From Podarcis gaigeae (taxonomy: Eukaryota), in the NCBI GenBank assembly GCA_964106915.2, contig OZ066918.1: a DNA stretch of 64,000 bases; one strand, written 5' to 3'. Under the pieces are notes generated by a model. The model did no database searches. It saw only the letters and a list, made by a program, of their open reading frames with translations, and was not told the origin of the DNA. Below are positions 32,163 to 44,200 of this stretch, piece by piece (the first letter of the stretch is position 1; every line of letters begins with the position of its first letter). The position numbers and the translations under genes were made by a program.

Positions 32163-32220
32163 ATGCCGTGTGTGGCGGACTGGCTGAACTGCCCCCTCAG
32201 TATCGTGCAAGGCATCTTCG
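32163..32220 (+). CDS. MCMBP: MCMBP coding exon 1
   Basis: [19 protein letters not shown]; donor G|GTAAG; 58 nt. Confidence 0.94.
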
Positions 32221-35200
32221 GTAAGCGAAGGGGGAACCGGACTTGGGAGGGCGGCGAGGCAAACGAGCAACGCCGAGAAGGCTTCGGGAAAGAGAAGCGA
32301 GGGAGGAGGACGAGGAGCCGGGGCTGAGACAAACCAGCTGGGCCGGGATCAACCCGGAAGAAGGAGTCGGCTGCGCATGGAGGGAGCCGGAGGGGCGGCA
32401 GGGCAAAGTGGGCCTAGCTGGGCAGAGCTGGAAGGCGTTAGTGGGGAGCTCGGCCTTGCCCAGCGAGAGGGCAGCGGACGCCTGGCTCCCACTCTTCGGC
32501 GGGATCGCATGGCTGTTGTGGTTGTGAAGCGCCCTGAAAGCAGACCAGGAACGGGGATAAGAGTGCCTCTGAGCATGTGTAGTATGCCTTTTCGCGTGCT
32601 AAAGAATCGGGAGGTTCCAAGGAGCCTTCAACATCACTACCCCCCCCCCCGAGGGTAATCGCCAGATCAGAGCCCTCTGTCAGAATAAAGTGAGGACGTG
32701 GTATTAGGCTGGTGCATGTCAAAGCCCAGTTAGGCAGGTAAATACCACGCCGTCTGGCTTCTACATGTTTTGTTCCTTACCAGTATCAGTTGCTGGGGTA
32801 TTTAACTAGGGTGTCTGTGTCTCCCAGGATGTGTGGATTTAAACCAAGCCAATTGAAATAAATGACCATTGATTTAAACAACCAAACGAGAGCCACTAAA
32901 ATCAAGTAGCTTATTGATTGGTATGAATAACGACAGCCTGCTATAGTAACAATTAACTTGCAAACATATGTTTTAAGGAAATGAATGCCTAATATCTTCT
33001 ACAGTACAGAATTTATATTGTTGCACACCACCACGATCTCCGAGCAGTGTGAGATTCAAGGGGTTCCAGGCTTTTCCAGGTCATGTTCCTTCAGAATGAA
33101 GTATAGCAGAGACTCTGCTGTCTTTAGGGTATATGGTTTATTTACACGTGTATATGACCCAAGTCTATGATGGAGAGGTTCGTGGCATTAACACACCCTA
33201 AGACGGTCTTGCTTCTCTCATAGCCCCATCCTTGGATTCCAGCAGAAATCACACACAGCTCTGTCTCCCAGCTGCCTAGCCTCCAGTCTGCCAGGTTTTA
33301 GCTTCTAGCTCACATAATAACTTCTGGTCTTTGTAACTACCAGCGAGTTGAAAGTTGGGGCAGAAAGCCACTTCCTTTGTAACCTTAGAAGGGGGCTCAA
33401 GTATACAGCCTGTCTACCCCCCCCCAGCTCAATAACAATATATAGATTGTGAGCAGGTAGTAAAATTGAATGGTTTCTGCTTGGCTTTCTCTGCGTACAT
33501 GCATAGGCACTAAGCAAGATTAGTTACATAGCGACTAAGTTGGCTGTCCTACCCACCCCGCCCTTCACACCAGGCGAGAAAGCAGGCTAGATTGGTGGGG
33601 GAATCCATCCCCCCAGCCTTGCTGGATTCCACTACTGTAGATATTTCTGTTCAGTCCACTAAAAGTTCAGGCAAGCAGGAGTACCAAAATGGAGTGTTCC
33701 AGAAGAGGGGATAAGCTAGCCCAGGGTCTTCTGAATTGTGAGCCACCCCTGTCATCACTTGAGGGTGATTTACCTCCCCCCCCCCCCCGTCTTGCTGGCT
33801 TTCTTCTCTGACCAGCATGAGTGACAGATGCAGTGGTGCATCCATCACACATCACTGCTACCCAACTAGGGTTTGGGTTGTCTTTCTATTGTCTAGAATT
33901 TTTCAGAGGCTACAGCTACTTAGTTAATTGGCAAGAACAGTTTGTTCTTCATGACATAGAAAGTATATATCAATCCTATTTGACGGTGATGTGGGATATT
34001 TGGGAAATTTTGGGAGACTTTTCTGATGCTATAGAGTAGGGGTGGATAACTTCTTGCCCATGGGTCAATCTTGGGCCTCCATGGAATCCAATTTGGCCCC
34101 ATGGCCATTTTCCCCAAAACACATCAACCCACCCATCATGGAGGGCAGGAGAACAGGGTCCAACCCTGCATTGGCTGCATGCCCTGTTGCTAGAAGCAAA
34201 CAGGATCATGCAGCCAAGGCAGCAGGATTTAATCCCCACTCATCAGCTGAAAAGAAACTGAGATATGAAAGCTAGGCACTAAATGGCACCTTAAACCTGG
34301 TTATGGGCGCAACAATGGAATGTCTAGGTGCACTTTTTTTTAACAAGAACACAAAGCTGAAAATGAATGAACTGCAGCTAAAATATTATGTTTGTTTTTC
34401 ACATGGTCTAGTCCTTCCCCTGCCCACCCCCCTAATATTCTTAAGAGGGTCTCTTCTCCAATCTTCAGAAAGTAGCTGGAAGTGGGGAGGCAGAAAAAGG
34501 TCATCCTTTCCTTCCACTCTGCAGTTTTAATCTGAAATCTTAGGCACATTATTGTGCCCAGCGCTCAGAAACTGTTCACGCTAATGAAATTCCCTGTCGC
34601 AAAATGCACCTTCAACAATGGGAGTTTTGAACACTGTACATTGATTCAGATCTTCTGGTGTCTTTCTCCTCTTCCACCGTCTCTCTACCACTTGTTTGCT
34701 TAAAGGAGAAGCGTGAAGCTGCTTCAAAGAGTGATATTTCAAAGAGGCTCAAACAGGAGCGTGGGAGCTGCCTTAAAGACCTTTGCAAACAGCAAAATGG
34801 TTTTGAAGCTGCTGTAAGTTCCTAAGTGCCTGATAGCCAACAGGCTGCCCACTACTTGGAAACCTCACACAAGAAATACGACGTGACCACCCGTCATTTA
34901 TGTGATATTGTGATTCCCTAATATTTTATTTGCAATTGGCATCCATTCAATGTTAACAGTGAACTTGTGAAATTGATTATTTTTCTCCTGAAAAATAAAA
35001 CACTGGAAAATTTTCTGTTTCTGAAATTTTTTCGCCCCACATTTGATTGACAGACTAAATCAAGGATTCAGAACCTGTGGCTCCCCGTGTGTTGCTGGAA
35101 CACAACTCCCATCATCCCTGAAGACTGGCCATACTGCCTAGAGTTGATGGGAATCAATAAGTTGATGGGAGTTGGAGTTCAGCTGCATCTGAAGACCACA

Positions 35201-38200
35201 CATTCCCTATCTCTAGTCTAAATATTCAGTTTGCTTAATTTAATGCAGTAGCATTTTTCTTGTTCATGAACTCCAGCAATTGGTATTCAGAGGCATGCTG
35301 TCTCCAAAACTAATAAATGTTAGCCTTACTACTTGAATCAAGCTCTTTATTTTTTCCAATAACTAATGCTATCTGACAATATTCTTGCAAAAATTGTGTT
35401 TGCAGTTAAGTCAGGATTCTATTTTATTGCCCAAATACATTGGATTCTTGAATGTTCTAAAATAGTTCAATTTCATTTGGTTTTTTCCTAGCTCAAAATA
35501 GTCTGAATCCTGAATGGGAGAGAAAAGTAACGGAATACTTCAGAGAGAAGCTGAAAGAAAATAATGCTACTAACTGGGTAAAAATGGGCTTACTTATTTA
35601 CATATCTAGGTCCTACCCTTTTGCTTTGGTGGCAGTACACTTGTGTTTTACACAATATCTTCCTGTAACATTGCTTTAAATAAATTTGCAAACTGAACTG
35701 AGAAAAACTACTAAAAGGATTTTAAGGCTCCAAGCAGATGGGCGGAGCAGTCCTAACCAAGCAGATACAAAGGCGTATCTCGGTATGTTAAATTGCATTC
35801 TAACTGCTCCTGCTTGATGGGGTGCAGGGGAAATGCAAACCTTCATTTTCTATCCTTTCATTGACTCTTATTCGGGGAATTTAGTTACACCTGCATTTTA
35901 GCTGATGTAAATTACACCAATCTCTGTGGGTAAAACCAATGAATTAAGGGAGTTGTGATGCAGCATAAGATTCTTTATCCCTCTCCCTGCACACATTTCC
36001 CATTCTTGACATGCCCCCTTTTTGCCCTTTACACCAGCATAACTTAAGCCGATTTAATTTATGCCACCAGGGCTTTCCTTCAGCCGGTGTAAACAGATAC
36101 ACTGGGGTAATTTATTTACATCAGCTTAAGGGCATCTCATTTTGGGAGTGGGACGACATACCACATCCTAACTTCTCCCACTTGGCATATCTGATGTTAG
36201 GGTTTCACTATAAGTGCAATAGGAACTGAAAATCTTTATTAGAGAAGAGCAAAGTTAACAGACTATAACTTCATTGAAAAGACAGTAAGTTGAATGCACC
36301 TCTAATTATATTCCCCACGTATAACTGGGACTTGTAGGTATTGTTAACCTCATGATAAGACACAAAAATATAAAAAATAAGTAGCTGGTGGAGGCTGGTC
36401 AGAGTTTTTGTTAATTCTACTATAGAGATTTTGAGCAGGAATAGTCAGGATGCAGAATTGCCTACTCTGCCTGTTTAATTTCATTGCATTGGTAGCAGTG
36501 TTTCTTAGCCTCTAGGACAGGCATCCCCAAACTCGGCCCTCCAGCTGTTTTGGGACTACAGTTCCCATCATCCTTGACCACTGGTCCTTTTAGCTAGGGA
36601 TGATGGGAGTTGTAGTCCCAAAACAGCTGGAGAGCCGAGTTTGGGGATGCCTGCTGTAGGATAAGTCTTCGCAGTGGCATACTGTAGAAGAGGGGGCCAC
36701 AAACCCTTTTGAACTAATGGGCAAATTTTGGATTTTGAGAGAGCATTGTGGGTGCCAGTCACAACATGGCTGCCATGGGAGATGGATATGTCATAACACA
36801 AAATTAGAATATAATCATAGCGAAGCTTTTCCCACAAATGTATTTCCATACTAGGAAAAGCTTACCCTGTCAAACTTCTGCCTTATAGCTGTTAAAGGCA
36901 CAACCTTGCTTTTCCCCTGTGCCAACTTTACCTAACGCCTAAGCTGCCAACCTGTACCCACCTACCTGGGAGTTTAGGGTAAAAACATGTTGTAGGTAGA
37001 ATTAGACATGAACACAAAGGGGAAGTCACATGAGCATACCAGATTAGAATAATAAGCATTCCAGAAAGAGCACTATTTCTGATGACAAGTTGTTTGAATG
37101 ACACTCGGTGTTGGCTTAGTTGAGATTAAATATTTGAACATCAGTGTTCTCTGGTAAATTCATCCCCATCCCCAAAGTACAAAAGAGTAAACTGAAGTGT
37201 GATTATAGCTCAGCAGCTTGATAGCCTGAGAGACTGGATAATTGGCAATTAAGCCTTGTAATGAAGGGCATACAGTGAATTCAGAAAACGAAGGTTTGAA
37301 TGGTGACAGTACCGTGCTGTATTAATACAGTTTTACTGTTTATCATTGTTATTCAAAATGATATGGATCTGTTCATGGCTCTTAGCACCTGCATTTATCA
37401 AAAAGAAAAGTAGATGTTAGCAGAAGTGGTTTAACCAAAGAGCCACAGCATTTCCCAGGTCAAAATCTAGCAGTAAAAGACTTCTAAAAAGCTGGACCTA
37501 TCTTAGAAAACACATCTGTATATCTATTATACCGGTTATCTATTATACACAGTATTAAAAATATTGTGAACTTGACAACATTTTTTTCTCCACTGGCTGA
37601 TGTAAACAAACAATAAGGCTGCTGCTAGATTAAAAAAATATAATGTATATTCTTTAGTATAGATTGATTTCCTCATGATTCCTAATTACTATATAAATTA
37701 AGATTTCATTAGAGAGTAAAATTCTGTATATGTCACGTGAAAGTAGTAGTATTTCAATATTATTATTTTCTTCTACAGGTGCCTTCATTGAATGATGTCC
37801 CTCTACATTATCTGAAGCCAAACAGTTTAGTGAAATTTCGCTGTATGGTTCAAGATATGTTTGATCCTGAATTTTATATGAATGTTTATGAAACAATTGA
37901 CATACATACTAAATCATGTGTAAGTGGTTCTTCTTTATTATGGTCCTTATTGCTTTCTCACATGCACAGATACGTGCTCTCTCTGTGTGTGCTTGCCTTA
38001 CTAATCAGCCATGATTTATGGTGGCCATCATCCACCTCCTCTCTCAAATCTTCTGCTTATTGTTCCATGTCACATGGGGCTTTTGCAGAAGTTCGACAGA
38101 GGGTGAAAGAGGGGGGGAAACCCAGCCACTTCCCTTTCCACAACTCCTCCTGACACACACAGGGTATCAGCAACCAATCCATGCTTTTAAAAATCCATCA

Positions 38201-41200
38201 ACAGTTCATCAATGAAGAGCACCCCATGCTTGAGTAATCTGAAATAAGAAGAATGTGCAGGGATGGTGAGTAATCAGTCTTCCTCCTTAGGAAAGAGGAT
38301 TCTTCATTCTGTTTTAACTGTGGATAGGTGCATCATTATCATGATCCAAACCCTGGCATTTCTTGTGCTGGGCATATGCAGTGATTTACTCAAGGACTGA
38401 GACCTACAGATATTCCCACCAAGACTGAGAAGACCCTACTTAGATGGACGACTTCCAGGTCTCAGTCTCCTTAAAGAAACAGGCATGTCTGCGGCATAAA
38501 AGTATATCTTGGACTTGCTCTCAGCTGAACTGCTTTGCATATTAATTACCACGGCAGAAGGTTCAGCAGTGCCTCTTGGGAAGCAAGGCCACCACATCAA
38601 TTATTGGTATAACTGAAGGGGTGTGCCTTTTTTAATATGAAATTTACATAATCATATTTTGTATATTAGCCTCCCAATAGATCCTGAACATCTGTGTCAG
38701 GCATAGCCACAAGCCATCATGATTTAGCTCTTCATCTGTAGGAGTATTTTGTAGCTGCTTTCAGAAGGGGGCTATAGGCCAGAATTTTTCCCATATTCAA
38801 TTCTTTGTCAGATTTATTTTGATCTTTACTTTGAAATATGTATCGCAATGCTGATACTTAAAGCATAACCACAATTGAAGAGATTTCTGTTATGCATAGA
38901 AATGAATGTGAACTGATGTAGGATACAACAGTGATCTCACATTGTCCTCTTTTTAATAGGTTTTGCATTTTGGAAAATACAGAGATGTAGCAGAATGTGG
39001 GGTGAGTGATAATATGGCAAATATAGCTCCCTGTCCCATCCCCCCGCCCATTTTCGGTTTTGGGTTTGAATAATCCCCAGAATCCATAGGGGAGATGGTT
39101 TGGTTGGGCAAGCTGTAATGCTTGCACTGACAGAACGATTAGAAGAGTGACACTGAATTCCTCCCTTTGAATAAAAATCTAGCAGTTTGGGGGTTTTAAG
39201 TGTAGGTTTTAAAGGGATAAACCTGAACCTTGCAAGTGATGTTTCTTACTTCTGTGCAGTAAGTCGTCCCATATATATATGTGCCTCTCCCTTGCTTCTC
39301 TTGCACCTCTCTCTAAAGAAAAAAATAGTACTTCAAAGAAGTCTATTTCAACAAGGATATGCATGCAGGGATATTTTTCTGTATTGACAAAATGTTGATT
39401 CCAGCACCACAACTAAGAATGTATTTAGTGGTGTATTTGATAATGCCTCTGTCCTGTATTACACAACCAAGACAGTGACGTGGAAATAGAACAGACTATC
39501 AAATTGTAGAAGGTTTTGATGATCTGATCCTTTTGGTGCATCTAGTACTGAATTATTTCCATTAAAAAAAATATATAGAAAGTCTCATTTATGCCTACAT
39601 TCTAGGAGAATAGCCACATTGGTCTGCTGCTGTAAAAACAAGTCTTGTGACATGAGCTTTCACGAACAAGACAAGACCTTCATCAGATGCATGAAGTAGG
39701 CTTTTGATTATGAAAGCTCATGCTGCAATGATGCTGTTGCCACAGAATGTTTATTTTTCTTATTAAGATAGTTATCTGAAAATTCACGGTTCTTTGCAGC
39801 TTTGAGATTTAGTTATAAACACATAGGATCCGTAATAAAACATTGCAGTGTGAAGTCTCATTTACAGGCTTCCAACAAACCAGCCATGCCCTTCTTCAAG
39901 ATCCTCATTTTCACTCTTATGTTGTTCTTCCAACCCAGTCAGCATTTTATGGCTAGTGAGCATGTTGAGTCTTCCATGGGTCATTTTAGGTCAAAGCCCC
40001 CTCCCATTTTTAGATTCCCCCCCTAAATATTTTGATTGGTACTCCTGCAAACTTTCGGATTCCTCCACATCTGCTGATATATCCTTCTTGCACATGGATG
40101 TTGCCGTTTTGGCATCCAGAGAATGGGGCTTTTATTAAAGTATATTGATTGATTCAACATTTTAATTTAATTTGAGCTTTGATTCTTACATTATACTGGG
40201 GGTTTTGTCTGAGTGATGCAAACACTGATGAGTCATTATGGCATATACTATCAAATTGTTAAATAAGCCCGTTTTGTTTATCTATTTATTTTTGTGACTG
40301 TTAGTATCATAGTTCTGCAACATTAACTATCAAAACCTGTGATTATGATGAAGCAGTTATTCCAGTTTCTAAGAATAAAACCTGCATGATTTTTGTTCCA
40401 TAATAGGAAAACTATTTGCAGGTGTTTTGTTCTTGCATTTAAAATGGTTTAAAGCATCAGATGCAACATGAAGATGGTTGTTGGAAGAACATAATATATT
40501 TTATCTTAGTGTGAAAAGGAGTACCACTATATGAATCTGCAATCCTTTTTGGAAACAAAAATACTTTGGTACTCTCAATATTCTAGTAGATTAACTTCTG
40601 TTACAACTGACCAGGTAGGATAGAATTATTGAAGTGAAAGTGGCCAAATATTATTGGATATCTCATATTCTAATGTTCTGTAATGTCACTTGGTTCTTTT
40701 CTAGCCTCACCAAGAAATAGACTTAAACCCTAAACAAATAGTAACGGGAGACAGACAGACTTTATACTGTGTTCCAGTGCCTGGAGAGTCGGCATGGGTG
40801 AAAGAAATATCCTTTGCAGTTCATTGACTGTGCTGTATACTGTTATATAGAAAAATATATATGCAATGTGGGGTGGAGAGAAAAAATTGTAGAGTTGGAA
40901 GAGACCACAAGAGTCCTCTAGTCCAACCTCTGCAATGCATGAATCTTTTGCTCAACATAACCCACAACCCTGAGATTAAGAGCCTTATGATCTACCGACT
41001 GAGCTATCTGTTTAAAGTGCCTTGAAATTTGAAGAAAAGGTGCTGTACTGTTCTACAAAGAAAATTGAAGTGTTTTTTTTTTTTAATTATTCCATAAAAA
41101 TGTAGGGTCGGTTTTTCCAGGCATATCTACACAAACAGATGAGTAGCTTTGTACATTTTTTGAATTTTAGAATACTATTAAATTGAAGTCTTCGGAAAAA

Positions 41201-44200
41201 TATGACTCCCTCTGGTGGTTAATCCAAAAATAACAAATCTATCAAATCTACTATACATTGTAGATTAACTTTTTGAGGGAGAAAGGCAAGCTTGAATTCA
41301 GCTTTTAAGACCAGTGAAATTACTCAGCTAGTGGAAGTATGTTGGGTAATTACTAATTAGCTGTGGTTAATCTTGTAACTGAGGCTGAATTATATCACTT
41401 CAGTGGAGTTTGTTAGATTAGATAGAAAATGTTCCTAAGGAGTTTCATATGCAAGTAGATGCAAGTTATTTTCACAGTTCTCTATAACCTAAGGCTACAT
41501 GTGGAATATGTTCTATTGTTGTATACATCCCATGAGAGAATGGTGCCTTGTTTCCCTGTCTTGTTTTGTTTTAAATAATTCCATACAATTGAAATACCAG
41601 GTCAAATTATGCTGGGTAGATCACATCAGTAAATGCTATTGTCCTTAACTTGAGATTTAAGCCTATACCAGTGCAAGCCAAGCTCGAGTTTGCCCTTCGA
41701 CATCCTATACACCAAGTCGTCACAAGAGGAGTTATGAGGAAGATGAAGATATGGAGTTGCATCCATCTAAACAGAGAGAGCAACATCTGGGTATCAGCTA
41801 ATTAGACATTGATGGTTTTATTTTAAGTTCCTCTTACACCCAAAAGACACTAAAGTCGTATGGCTGAATAGCTGTTTTATTGAAGCACATTTTTTTTGGT
41901 ACTCTGATCCACTTATTGGGCTGCATCTGTGATTCTCTCTCCACTAGATCAAGTGCTCTTGCACTAATGGACTGATGAGTTTTAAATGTTGCATAGCAGA
42001 GGAATCCATCGCAGCAGCTGTGCTAGTGGAAACTTGTGCAACTGATTGGGCAATCTGTTGTGCAACAAAGTTACCAGCATCTTGCTTATGCATTCTCTTG
42101 CACAACAATATTCTACTGGTGCAAAATATTTCACCAGCAAAACAAGTACTGTATGTTTCTAGTTTTGCACTACATTGGATGCACCCCATTACAACGTTTA
42201 CTTTTTTTACCCTAAACCTCTGGCCTTGTAAAGCTTCTGAAAAACTGGAAGTTTTAATTTCAACTTTGATTGGACTTTGATTAGAAACTGCTTCTTCTAA
42301 CTTGCAGGAAGTGTGCCTGATATCCATGGGAGTGGAGAGCCAAAGCGATTAGAAACAGAAGCATCTGCAAGACATCAGACGATCTCCTTAAATTGCTCAC
42401 CTCCGCTAGATCTAAACTTTCCACTTCCAGGAGAGAAAGGCCCTGCATGTCTTGTGAAGGTAATAAGCATATCAAGCAGTATTAAGCATTACCTCATTTA
42501 CATTTGAAATCCATGGATGAAATATGGAGGCTAAGTTCAACCTCCACTGATGAAAATAATAAGCTTCTGAATGCCCATTACTGGGGAGTCATAAGAGTGA
42601 GCATGTGGCTGCAGTCAGGTGCTGTTTGCAGGCTTCTCATAGACATCTGGGTTGGCTATTGTGAGAACAGGATACTGGGCTAGAGAGCCTCTGGCCTGAT
42701 ACAGCAGGGCTCTTCTGTTCTTAAGAAAACCAAAAGAATGTAATCCTTAAAATAAATCCTGCCATTAAATGCACTGTTGACCTAGGGTATATTATTATAA
42801 TTCAGAACACAGAAGTATGTGTAGCTGCAGTTGTACTCACATAAGCAGACACTTGAGATGTCATGTTCCTTTAATCCTATTTATTCAGTTGAAGTTATGA
42901 AGTTATATGTGCATTCTTTAAAAAAAAAACCATGATCATATATTTTATGTGAGTTGACATAGGTGAAACAGCAGGATACTCATATCTCACACAATAAATG
43001 GCAATATGTAAATCTCCAAAGTAGGTCTCCAAAAACTGGAATGTAAGCTAAGAAGTAGACCAACAGTTGGTGTCTGTGCTGGGGGTTGTGCATGTTGATT
43101 AGTAATGCGTTGTGTGTTATGCAGCTCTGGCCATTACTGCTGCATATTTCTGAAATGATTAATATATTCTCTATAAAGAGTAAAGCTCAGTGCTAAACTC
43201 ATGGAAATGGGTAAAATGCAGCTAGTTATTACAGATGTCTGCAAGCAAGAAGTGGCAGATACAATGAAATGTGCAAGAAACCTTCTGCTTGCTCTCTTAA
43301 GTCTCTACGGTTATGTTGAAATCTGCTTTATGATTTTGCTAGAGAAACACACTGGCTGTATTTGGATGAAACAAAATTTTAAAAATCCTTCCAGTAGCAC
43401 CTTAGAGACCAACTAATTTGTTATTGGTATGAGCTTTTGTGTGCATTCACACTTCTGCAGATACCATTTGTATTTGGATGGTTTATTGTCACAGGAATGA
43501 GCTGCAGCAAGCCTCAGGTTTGTGCACTCCCTCCCCTCTCTTCTCATCCACTGTGGTCACAAAGAAAAGATCTAAAGCTGTTGCTTCTTTTTGATTAACT
43601 GTAGTGTACTCAAAGTCCTAAAGTCCTAAACTGCAATTAATATTAATTATGGGTTTGTTGAAACAAACCAGTTTCATAATCCAGAGTTCAAAATCTGATT
43701 TTTTTTTTCAGTACAATATAGTTAAGATTAACCCCATTTTGTCTGCGTTCAGACACTGTGACAAGCTGCAGTTAATCCAAAACAGAAGCAAACACTTCCA
43801 GAGTCCTCCTTGCAGCCATACCAAAAGAAAGAAGGGAAAGTGCAAGAGTATGAGACTTGTTGTGAGGAATGAGGCAGAAATTCAGTTCACACTGCAAATG
43901 TGAACCTAACTAATTTGCAGAACCCAAAACAATACGTGAGCTGAAATGCAGCTATCTCGCTTCTCTGAATTGTGCTGTGTAGTTCTCAACCCAAATTATG
44001 TACAGTATGCATAAATGTGTATAAAACATGCATATATTAGTAAAAATAACATAAGTAATATATACATTAGAAGAAAAGGTTTACAGAAATGTGTGTATTA
44101 GGAGAAATGGGCACTAAAATGTTGGTGAAGTTTTGGGAGACCATTTTAAAAAGAAATTCACAAACTGATGCAGAAAAGTGAAGAACTGAACTTGATATTG

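Larger units (their letters stand above)
31250..32670. promoter_or_regulatory. CpG island / bidirectional promoter shared by SEC23IP and MCMBP
   Basis: Abrupt GC- and CpG-rich segment containing both first exons; ATGs diverge at 31842(-) and 32163(+); YY1-type AAGATGGCGGC at 31920-31930; palindrome CTTCGCGAAG at 32054-32063; CCGGAAG ETS-type core near 32354. Island limits are approximate. Confidence 0.88.

Noticed and set aside
31268-32722. Many overlapping 60-174 aa ORFs on both strands
   Set aside because: Expected from the scarcity of stop codons in a CpG island. Only SEC23IP exon 1 and MCMBP exon 1 have splice sites and recognisable protein.
40940-41008. tRNA-Lys-like sequence on the minus strand (similar heads at 24347, 28323 and 11224)
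   Set aside because: No complete cloverleaf (T arm and acceptor stem missing or degenerate) and each continues into SINE body or tail sequence, so these are not tRNA genes.
41944-42327. 127-aa minus and 101-aa plus ORFs in MCMBP intron 6
   Set aside because: No recognisable domain, no supporting splice or start context; consistent with chance ORFs.
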